Source: Ylistrum balloti (lineage: Eukaryota). From it: 64,000 nucleotides of DNA. Under the pieces are notes generated by a model. That model searched no databases. It was not told where the DNA came from and was given only the letters and a program-made list of their open reading frames with translations. The stretch is from contig NW_026782173.1 in assembly GCF_031769215.1 (NCBI RefSeq), positions 2,604,001-2,668,000 on the forward strand, in the 5' to 3' direction. Made by a program: the position numbers and the translations under genes. Below are positions 49,432 through 59,890 of the stretch, one piece after another (the first letter of the stretch is position 1; each line of letters starts with the position of its first letter).

Positions 49432-50745
49432 AAATTACAGCTGATGAGACAATAACTGCTATCTGAGTTTCTATCATAATCCATAGTGCTTGTTAAGTTA
49501 TTTAAAACAATATTGAAACTTTATGATCACATATCATACCCTGACAATATCACTGGACACACTATCGCTGTATTGTGTTACGACTTTTTGGGAGTGGGAT
49601 CAGTATTGTTTAAAAATAATTTTGTAAAAGTATATTTGGTATCAGGTTTTTAAAAACAGCTCATTATATTCAGTAATCATAGAAGAAATCGGGATGTCGA
49701 AATTAATTTTACAAATGTCGATGTATGCCTGCTGCTGTACTTAGGCTCTTCATATCGTGTCAGCCTTTTGCTATTTGCTCGCATGTGTTGGTCTGTGTGA
49801 TAATCCTACAACAAGCAAAATGTTTCCAGAGAGTTGTTTCAGGCAGTTCTGGATCGCTACCTTCTAGAAGATTTTGGCTATCATAAAAGTTGAAGCGCTG
49901 ATAAGAATTGCATTAACAATACACTGAACAATATGTTTATATCTATGTGGCTCAAATGAGTGTATTGGACTTCACATTTTTAGCAAGGTTTGTTTGTTGT
50001 TTGTTTCATGGGTAACAAGTCATGAAGCTATTGACAGTAACATTGATTTTTAGCTGAAATAATGTACTGAACTTTCCTTATTTACGTAGTCTTAAAATGG
50101 TTGTGTTACAGGCGACGTTTTTCAAATTGTTTTTCGCTTTTTTCATAAAAAGAGTGCATAAACTTTGTATCCTTTATTCAAAAGTGTATAGCTATTGTAA
50201 TGGACCATAAGTAGATTTAACTCCTTCTAAAATAGTTTTAATTATTTGGGATATAATATTATCATATTTCTTTGTCGATGTTGATTCATCTTTATCAGTA
50301 AAACGTTAACTTAAGAATAAAGTTGCAAAAGGTGACGGAAAATAAACTGCAAACTATACAATACTTATGAGCCTGAGCGTTTTACATTTTATCAACCACT
50401 AGCGGGGTCAAATTTTAAAACTAGGAAGGTCAGATTTTAAAGCTAGTAAGGTAATATTAAAACAAGCATGTCGAGTATCCTGAATCTATTGTATAATGGA
50501 AAGGATTGTGCTTTTCACAAAAATTGGATACTTACAAACATTCGTTGAAACATAATTTTATAAAACTGATTAAAAAACCCAAATCAACGATATTCTCACA
50601 TATTTATCTTTTTATTACATGTGTGCCATAAAAATTGAATGCAATATGTGTTATTACATTGATGACAGGGAAGTTATATGATGTAATAAGATAATATGAG
50701 TCATAATATATGATACAGATATTGTCATCCACTTATCATCACGAT

Positions 50746-50898
50746 CCAGTATTACAGAATACCCTCAAACACTGTTGTTTCAGTATTACAGAATACCCTC
50801 AAACACTGTTGTTTCAGTATTACAGAATACCCTCAAACACTGTTGTTTCAGTATTACAGAATACCCTCAAACACTGTTGTTCCAGTATTACAGAATAC
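50746..50898. repeat. 34-bp tandem repeat, ~4.5 copies
   Basis: Unit CAGTATTACAGAATACCCTCAAACACTGTTGTTT; starts at 50761 and 50795. Confidence 0.95.
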
Positions 50899-51537
50899 TA
50901 TGTAAGACTTTAATTGTTTTAACATAACAAAATACCCCCCTGACTGAGATCATGCTAACATGAATACATTTCTTACTACAAATTATTACAAATGTATTAC
51001 AAAGACATCGGCGATTTCCATATAAATTGACGGGCAAACCTTCAGTATTGATGTGTTGACAAGACAACCACAATTCATAGTTTTAATGTTGACTACAATC
51101 TTACAACTTAAAACTATATTTCATGAAAATTTAAATGTGTGCAAACATCTTTTACTCCCTGACTTGTCTTACTGTGATTACGGAGAACCTACGGCATCCG
51201 CCTCAAATTAAACATACAAAATATCGTTATCACACACAAAGGGATGAGAACTACGAAAACCTATTTAACAACTCATTGACAATTCAGAAAACTTCATATC
51301 GCAAAATGACGCACATCCATGTAAGCACAAATCACTGTTCAATACCATTTACAATACACGGGAGTTACATCTTAACAATTCAGGCGCATTTAGCAAGCCT
51401 TCGTTAGTTGTCTGTCCTTTTGTCTATATTTTACCTCCTTCTCTGTGATGTGAAAAGTCGGATCTTGGTGTGCTTGGTGTGGGACATTTATAAACTATTG
51501 GAGACGTCTATCGTCTCGATCTGTCCACACACGCGTT

Positions 51538-51993
51538 TTATCTGTCTTTTTTGTTTTCTGTGTGAGTCTCCGCGTCACTTATGACTTGGTCATTGTCAGA
51601 ACTTGGAGGAGACACTGATTCACATCCGAGCATCTCATCCGTTGATCGACAAGACCGATCGGTAGACAAGTCCTGATAACGGGGAAAGGTAAGGAAAGAT
51701 CCTATAGTGAGGAGAACACCAGCCACTATGCACGCCACTCCTAAGATGGACAAAGGATCTGTAGGCAGAACGCCCCATGTCTGATCTACGTATGCAGCCA
51801 GCAGACATAGAAATCCTTCTATCAGGGCCACCACTCCCAGTACTCTCAGAATTTTGTTGGCCTTCTGCCTCGTATAACACCTCGGAATTCCTCCTTTACC
51901 GTTAAGGGATTCGTTGGAGGGATGCTGACGCCTAGATTTCTCGCACATGGTACTGCCTTGTATTGTTGTGTTCCCAAGATCTGGCTCTGTCAT
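51538..51993 (-). CDS. Uncharacterised 151-aa two-TM membrane protein with C-terminal KKxx (NKKDR*)
   Basis: ATG at 51993, 11 nt after acceptor tttcttcag| (exon starts 52004); candidate UTR-intron donor CAG|gtaagt at 52649; TM1 ILRVLGVVALIEGFLCLLAAYV, TM2 LSILGVACIVAGVLLTIGSFLTF; more GC-rich than the flanks; stop TAA at 51538-51540. Confidence 0.8.
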   Translation of the reverse strand: MTEPDLGNTTIQGSTMCEKSRRQHPSNESLNGKGGIPRCYTRQKANKILRVLGVVALIEGFLCLLAAYVDQTWGVLPTDPLSILGVACIVAGVLLTIGSFLTFPRYQDLSTDRSCRSTDEMLGCESVSPPSSDNDQVISDAETHTENKKDR

Positions 51994-52649
51994 ACTTAAC
52001 TTTTCTGAAGAAATAAGTAAATTGCAAAATTTGAAAAACTGAGATACTGTGATTTTATGCTTATAACACTCAACGTAAGTCCTACGTATAACCCGACTCC
52101 AAGGACGGGAAGCCAACGGTAAAGGCTTGAATTAAAAGATATTAGGATTAAATGGTTTGAAAGCATGACTGGAAAAATCAGAGTTTTATGGAAAGTCACA
52201 TTTACACTGTGGTCGGGAGGGGCATAACATATGGTTTGATTAGAAATATGGCTTTAAAATGGTGACCCCCTAGAGGAGTACTTAAGCAATGATGAAGTGG
52301 ATACCCTGCACGTTTTAGTATGTAATGACACACATCAACGAATACTATGCGGAGCGGGTAACTGCTCGTTTTAAAAACACTGTCAGCTTTACGCCGCAAT
52401 GTTTATGCAAATTTATTCATTTTAACACTTTAAAGTGCAGATTTATGGTTTGAATTGCAAAATATTTTCAATCTTTTTTCTTTGAATAATTGCTTTATCT
52501 TGACAATGTCTAAATCATCTCTGGCACTTAATAACATCTTAAACAAAATGCGTCATTACTTAATTCCAGAAAATATCGAAAATTACCAATTCTTAAGCGT
52601 TCTGCTATACATTGCTGTAAAGCAGTATAATATTGTATAGGTACTTACC

Positions 52650-53243
52650 TGATAGTTTACAGAAACGTGATACTTGTTCTATATCTACCAAAGCTGCAAT
52701 GGTGTGAATAGGATTATCACGTATTAAATTTGGAAAATTACATGATACGTGGCCGATGTAAGGTGTTACACGTCGATACAGTACATCACGAATGTCTGCA
52801 TGCTGACTTGGAATTCTATAATTAGAAATGTGTCATACTATTATAAAATTGTTTGTGTAGAACTGGCATGCCGATCTTTTGTTACAATAAATTAATGTCA
52901 GTCTTATTATTTTTTCTTTTAATTATATTGACATATATGAAATAAAATCGTTCAATTTAACAAGTAATTTGTTATACAGACTATAATTACGTATAGCATG
53001 CCTCTATTTGTTTCAGCGATGTTAAATACGTAGTAAGGGAGATAACTCTAACTAACCCTGGCCACGTGGCCGAATGTTACGTTGCTGTCACCGCGTCCTT
53101 CCATATGAAATAAATGTAAACCATGCAGTCGGTTGTGATGTGTTATCCCGGGTATATAAATATGTCAGATGGTGAAAAATTTAAACATTAGAATTTTTAC
53201 ACACCAAGCTAGAACGATAAAGGACAACACTCTCAAGTAAAAC
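52650..53243. promoter_or_regulatory. Candidate bidirectional promoter of the two-TM gene and the Sar1-like gene
   Basis: Head-to-head genes under 600 bp apart; TATATAAA at 53153-53160; palindrome GGCCACGTGGCC at 53060-53071; second GCCACGT (minus strand) at ~52747-52754. Confidence 0.5.
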
Positions 53244-55706
53244 ATGTTTCTGTGGGATTGGTTACATTCGCTCCTGTATTATTTTGGTAAGTATTCATTG
53301 TATATACATATATATTACAATGTTCAGGTGACTATATGCTTGTTTGTGGCATTCAATTAGTATTATTATTATTATGATTATTTCAATAACAGCGGATTAA
53401 CATAATTGATTGAACACACTTATTTGTCAATATTCAACAAAGGCATCAATGTACTGTCTCTAAATAGTTCAACTGGAATATATTTAGAGTGTGTAATAAC
53501 ATACTATTTAGCAGAGATTATTTCTCTCTCAATGTGACTGCGTTTTGTTTTGGATTTGGGCTGATAATTAGGCATCGGAAAGTTACTACTAATCAATGGC
53601 TATCGCATTAATCTTAATTGGAATTCGAGTTTTTTTATGTTATTTATGGTATTTATGGTATTTTCAGGGTTCAACAGAAATGCTAAAATTGTGATTGTTG
53701 GCCTGGACAACGCCGGGAAATCTACTTTATTAAACATGTTGAAGACTGGGCGCGCAGCACAGTTTCCACCAACAGGTCAGGCACGTAAGTAGTATTACAT
53801 TCATTAAACAATGCATATGATATTAGTAAAGTGTGTCAGAAATATTACCTCTGGCTCGCTCTCAAGTGCTATATGTATCGGAACTGGATCAAACGACTAA
53901 CGGTGACGAGGGATACAAGGTTCGAATCCCGATTCCATCCCAACTTGTCTATACAATCATATACAGCTGTATGTGGGCAGTTACGTATCACATCAGTGTA
54001 AATAGTTTGTATAATTTTGCTGTAAAGTAAGTGATATATGTTTGAATATTGTCTATGTACAAATATGTATAATTGTACAAGTATACATTATTATCATATC
54101 ATACATTTGTATTCGTATTAAGATTTATATTGTAAGGTACTATTTGCATGTAGTTATATAACAGACATTTATCGTGTCCTAGGGAGTGAAGAAATGACTA
54201 TTGGCGGACTTACCATACAAGCATACGATCTCGGGGGCCACGCAATAAGTGAGTACAATGTTTAGAACAAGAAAAAGGTAATTATAGATCGCTCATTTTC
54301 AGTTAATCATTTTTTGTTAGAAAAAAAATGAGTAAACATTTGTTGAGATTCTCTTTCAGTTTCCGAAATCAATATATATGTCAGTATGTGTGTGTACGAG
54401 GAAAACTCTTCAAAAGCTCACTTGAGGCGCGATATACGGGTTGTAAAAGCATTTTGAAAGTACGTGCATTTCAGCACTTCTCATAAAGTTGGCATTATTC
54501 TAGATAACACAATAGTGTTCGCCTTTTGTTTCTGATTCATTCACTGGTTTATTTTATACAGTGCGGAGAGTTTGGCTGGATTACTTCCCCGCAGTAGATG
54601 GAATTGTCTATATGGTGGATGCGGCGGACAGGGAGAGACTTCAGGAAAGCAAAACCGAACTCACGGTAATTAACACAATAGAACACACGAAACACAGCGT
54701 TCAGAACTGTCACAAGACAAACTTGATAAATCAATTTGAATTGAACATAAGATTTAAACACAATGATTGATACAAATGTCATCAGTTGTTGGTTTCTGTA
54801 CAATCACACAAATCGAAAATTTTGTAATGATTTTATCTGTTGTTTGCAAATGTGGCCAATCAGTAAAAGTATCTCCCTTGTCAATTTAGAGGATCCTTGA
54901 TGACCCGGAAATCCCTCCAATACCTATCCTCATACTTGGCAACAAGACTGACAAAGGAACAGCTATTGGCAAGGAGGAGTTGATCATGTCGTTTGACCTA
55001 CAACGTCGCCTGTATAAGGTATAATCAGCTCTACTTGTTATTGTTGTCATCCCTGTATATATAACACACTTAATGACAGACAAGATGTGTTATTGTTGTC
55101 ATCCCTGTATTTATATATAACACAGTTGATGGCAGACAGGACTTGTTATTTTCATCTATATTTACACATTGTATAACAATGACTGAGGACAGACAATACC
55201 TGTTATTGTCATTTTCCTTGTATTTACATTATATAGCGGTAAATCAGTAGTTGAGAACAGACAGGACGTGTAACTGCCATTCCACAGTTATTTACACATT
55301 GTATAACATTTTTTGGGGACAGACAATATCTATTATTGTTATTTTTCCTGTATTAACACATCGCAAACATAAGTTGAGGACGGACAATACATGATATTAT
55401 CCTCCCCCTTATATCTATACAATCTTATCCCATATCATATGAATTAAGCCGTCGTCGAAAGAATTTAATGTTTCTGACAAGCTTTAGTTCACCTCCTCCT
55501 ATTGTCATATTGCTATCACATGTATGAAGAAATATTTACCGTGTCTGATAGAACAAATCGTTGCTTGTTTCCAGGAGACGGGATATAACGAAACAGAGAA
55601 TGGACGTCCTCCTCTTCGTGAGTGTCAACTATTTATGTGTAGTCTGTTAAAGAAACAAGGGTACGGGGACGCCTTCCGGTGGCTGGCGAAGGCCACGAAA
55701 AAGTAG
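53244..55706 (+). CDS. SAR1: Sar1-family small GTPase (divergent paralog), 196 aa, 6 coding exons
   Basis: Exons 53244-53286, 53668-53784, 54183-54248, 54562-54665, 54890-55018, 55575-55706 (591 nt, phases consistent). MFLWDW amphipathic N-terminus, G1 [10 protein letters not shown]3 [20 protein letters not shown]4 [22 protein letters not shown]. Confidence 0.95.
53850..53945 (+). mobile_element. Possible tRNA-derived SINE relic in Sar1 intron 2
   Basis: B-box GGTTCGAATCCC at 53919-53930; A-box and cloverleaf not convincing. Confidence 0.25.
55025..55400. repeat. Degenerate ~55-60-bp tandem repeat in Sar1 intron 5
   Basis: Recurring ttgttattgtcat...tgtatttacacattgtataaca...gaggacagaca units, about 6-7 copies. 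Confidence 0.7.
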
Positions 55707-56534
55707 CCATGACGGACATAGGAACTGTGTCATAACGGCGCCAAAATAGTTGGCATGGAGATAGCAGATATGTGGATAGAAACAAACAGTGGTTTCGTGA
55801 AACCAAATTGAGGTGTAAATCTCAAATTAGGAGAGAATGTTTCAGTTTAATCAATCTTATATAAATACAAGCGAATGTGATATCCTCTTTTTCTCTCTGA
55901 TCATTGTCTCTTACTTCAAGATGTACACGTATTATATACAATGCATTATTTCAAAATATTAACACTTTTAATGGGTGCCATTGCATTGATAACAGGGTAC
56001 TTATGCTGTAAAATTAAGTTCTTCTCGTCAGAACATGCAAGATAATTGTTTAGAAGTTTTTGATTTGAAGCGATCTAATCGCGTAATAATGTTATTCAGT
56101 TAATATTCAGTTTTTATTTGTGTGCATACAACTATGTCATAACTTGTATGTACTTTATTTGTGATATGGCGTCACAATGGAGACAATGGATAGGGCCTAG
56201 ATTGCTTCGGATAGCATAGAAATGTGTATTTTGGAACAATAGTTTCATCGATCTCACTTGAACTAGAAAACAGAAACAGGTTTACATGACAAAGCGATTT
56301 ATTCAGCTTTTCGTCTTGCTTAAAAGGACCATAGTACCATGAATAGATCATTACATGTGTGTATGTCAAATTTTATATTATATGTTATGTTTAAAATTAT
56401 ATGATTGTTTAATAAATCATGTTATCGTCTACATGTGCTCTGTTTTCTTCTTTACATATTACTATAATGAAATAGCTAAAAGCATGAACAATTCACAGGA
56501 ATCGTATTTGAGTATTTATGGAAAGTGCAGGAAC

Positions 56535-57100
56535 GTGTATAGTACACGAAGGCTCTGGGTTGAGTACGAAGGAACTTTGTAGAATACGAAGGTTGTGTGT
56601 AGAGTACGAATGCTCTGTGAAGAGTACGAATGCTCTGTGTAGAGTACGAATGCTCTGTGTAGAGTACGAATGTTCTGTGTTGAGTGCGAATGTTCTGTGT
56701 AGAATGCGAATGTTCTGTGTTACGTACGAATGCTCTGTGTAGAGTACGAATGCTCTGTGTAGAGTACGAATGTTCTGTGTTTAGTGCGAATGTTCTGTGT
56801 TACGTACGAATGTTCTGTGTTACGTACGAATGATCTGTGTAGAGTACGAAGGTTGTGTGTAGAGTACGAATGTTCTGTGTAGAGTACGAATGCTCTGTGT
56901 AGAGTACGAATGTTCTGTGTAGAGTACGAATGTTCTGTGTAGAGTACGAATGCTCTGTGTAGAGTACGAATGTTCTGTGTAGAGTACGAATGTTCTACGA
57001 ATGCTCTGTGTGTAGAAGGTTGTGTGTACGAATGTACTGTGTGCAACGAATGCTCTGTGTAGACTACGAATGCTCTGTGTAGAGTACGAATGTACTGTGC
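56535..57100. repeat. 20-bp tandem minisatellite, ~28 copies
   Basis: Unit TG(C/T)TCTGTGTAGAGTACGAA; explains ORFs 56518-57213. Confidence 0.96.
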
Positions 57101-57209
57101 AAAGTAAAAGGTCATCGATATACTTGTTACTCGTAATTAACAACAAACTCCATATATACAATTATAGCTGCTCGGCTCTACAATTAATTCATCGCACAAT
57201 AGCCTTAGA

Positions 57210-57211
<2 letters not shown>

Positions 57212-57246
<35 letters not shown>
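57212..57246. repeat. (AT)n microsatellite
   Basis: Seen directly. Confidence 0.95.
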
Positions 57247-57249
<3 letters not shown>

Positions 57250-57719
57250 CATATTTGAATAACTTTCTCATAACTTTCAAAAAATCATTGGTTGTATACC
57301 AAAATTATAACAAAAGTATCTTAGTCCTCAGTATCTCTTATCGCTTTTAAAAGACAGGTTTACAAATATCATATTTCGTGTCATCTTTCCTACAGAGTCC
57401 TTCCTAAGAAATCATGACAAATCAAATTAATTGTTTTCGCTTGTTTGGATTATCACTAAATCAGTAAACAGATTAACTATAACTAAATAAGTAAATGAAA
57501 TATTCTAGCATCCTGAAAACTAGATAACGACATTATATGATATCCTTTTCTTTTATTGAACACACTGACCCACTTCGGTCGCAAAGTCTTTAACAGCATC
57601 TAGTTTAATGGCTTCCTCTTTTAAGCTATAAAACTTTGGCTCTAACGGTAAAATCTGGCATATTTTAGCGAATATAATGACATGACGTCATTAGTGTTAT
57701 ACGTAGTGAAAAGAGGAAC

Positions 57720-58230
57720 TCCCTACCCAGTAGAACAGGCCCAGATCAAACTTTGTTTGTATGGCTATTTTTGGTAAAGATTAATGAACTTGACTCCTAT
57801 AGTGTTGTCCACAATCTGCACCTACCGGCTATACTTTTAGCGGATGATAACTTGCTTATGAACTGTTCTATTGGGAGCCTACGGTATCTTCTTAATATGG
57901 TTCATGATTTTTCACTAAAATGGCACTTGAATTAGAACGCGGCAAAAAGTGAATTGACGGAGTTCCATAACGGTTATTCGAAACACCACACAACATGATG
58001 CAGGAATTACACTAACATAAAAACGGCATGCGCAAACAGAAGACACTCACTGAATGTACCGATGAGTGTTGGTATTCATACTGGAGGTTGGAATCCGCTG
58101 CAAGCTGTAAACTGATAAAAAAAATATAGTGTAATCACGTATTTTGTATGGATCCGAATTATGGGCTTATGGTTGATATTGCTGACCTGTACCAGCGCTG
58201 ATCAGAAAAATTAACTCTCTTCTATAGTAC
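57720..58230 (+). mobile_element. LINE RT relic (RTE-X-like)
   Basis: LPAILLADDNLL...LLNMVHDFSLKWHL (degenerate YADD region) and RILYGSELW at ~58137-58165. Confidence 0.75.
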
Positions 58231-58359
58231 TCTAACACACGCGCACACACACATGTACATTTGATGTATTAAAAGGCACGTCTTTCTGTCTGTCTGTCAT
58301 ACATGAAACAAAAATAACCAAACGTACACTTACATCTACTGATGCTCATCAGAGTGTAG

Positions 58360-58640
58360 AACAGAATTTTTTTTATAGACGTAGACGTGAGACGTTTCGA
58401 TGACTGCACGGTCACCTTCACACCAACATTGGCGTAGGTATTGCACGAGATGGTAAGGAATCGACCTACTTTTTCGGTTGTACTACAAACCTATGTACTA
58501 CACTCAGGTCGAAAATAGTAACACGAGACGGTATGCAGATTATAGACCTGTTTAACAGTTGGTCATACAGTGTAGATGTGCGAGAGTCTGTGACTCCCCT
58601 TGTCCCTGCTTAATGCTGGATGATCATATTTGGAACGATA
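58360..58640 (-). mobile_element. Penelope-like element 3' end: GIY-YIG C-terminal remnant plus hammerhead remnant (58391-58420)
   Basis: Minus strand HPALSRDKGSHRLSHIY..YDQLL resembles the LNRDxGxYxLSHxYDxLL terminus of Penelope endonucleases; then TGA-A-GGTGAC-cgtgca-GTCATC-GAAACGTC and an A-run. Confidence 0.7.
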
Positions 58641-59281
58641 TTAAGTCCGTGTTCACGCTTCGATTTGTACACGTCTATGTATACATTTTGGTCACCGCGA
58701 TGCGGTGATTGGACACGGTATCTTCACTTCTTTTCTTTCCTATCTTTCTAAGCTATTTTTCACAAAAACAAAAAGTATTCTATTCATGCATTTTTTTCCG
58801 TTTCATGACGTCCTACAAATTAATGTATATATCACTAACGGAGACAAATTTATAGAAGTTTCAAAATTTATTTCTGAATCCAATTCAAATGTGATTTTTA
58901 CAACTATGTTATATGTATATCTATGTAATTATAAATGAAAATAATTCATATTAAACAAATTTTAAAATAGTATCGGGTGTTTAATTATTGAAGTCCGAGG
59001 TCTGATTGATGCATTCATAATATATGACTTAAGTATATATTGTTACGAATGGAATTGTGTATGAATACATTTCCGATTAGATCTAAAAGTTATTAATTCA
59101 ATATTTTGTTCTGGTATACCTAACTTTAATACAGACATTTGAAATGAGCGCCAATAAAACAAGTGCTCCCAATTTCAACCAATCACCGTGGCCAAATTTT
59201 GTCAGTGCGGCGCTACCGCAGTATTGGCAACACGAAAACAACAATGGCCGTAGTTCTTGATAGCCTCTGAAAACCACAAAA

Positions 59282-59852
59282 ATGGAAAGCATATTTGGAA
59301 GAAGACAACCTTACATCGATCCTGTTATTGAGGAATCGGAGTAAGCCATTTTCATACTAAGAGTGACTAAACAGAATATATTCATATCGTTGTCATATTT
59401 ACTATTGTGTCGGTTTTTCCATCCTAGTCACCGATTGATCAGTTTATCGTTTGCTTGACTGTATATTTAAGTCCGTGTTTCTAGCAAGACTCAACTTAGG
59501 GCATTTGTCTTTGATATACACAACATGATATCATGATACACACAACATGATATCACACAATATACGCCCATCGTGCACAAAACAATGATCAACGTCCGCA
59601 CCACACCTACCACAGTGACAACTTAATTAATATGTACCTTACGTACAGCACTATATCAGATGTTCAGTTGTATATAACAGGGATCGTTACAAATGATATA
59701 CTTGATTGCTCGCATATGTATACTTGTATGCGTACTTCATACGCTGTGTAAATATATTAGTAATCTTTCATCATATTTTAGGGAGGAAAATTTCAAAGAA
59801 AAAGATGAGAAAGAGGTGATATCTGATGTTGATCAGGAGCTTGGAATTATTA

Positions 59853-59890
<38 letters not shown>

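Noticed and set aside
49441-49480. Other CTGATGA matches (49441, ~17374, ~44469, and ~58350 on the minus strand) as hammerheads
   Set aside because: No downstream helix II plus GAAA core.
53900-53940. tRNA gene (GGTTCGAATCCC B-box)
   Set aside because: No acceptor, D or anticodon stems; at best a SINE relic.
56518-57213. Cys/His/Thr-rich repetitive ORFs downstream of Sar1
   Set aside because: By-product of the 20-bp tandem repeat.
59215-59240. RFX X-box upstream of VWA3A (tggcaac)
   Set aside because: Only a half site; too short to distinguish from chance.
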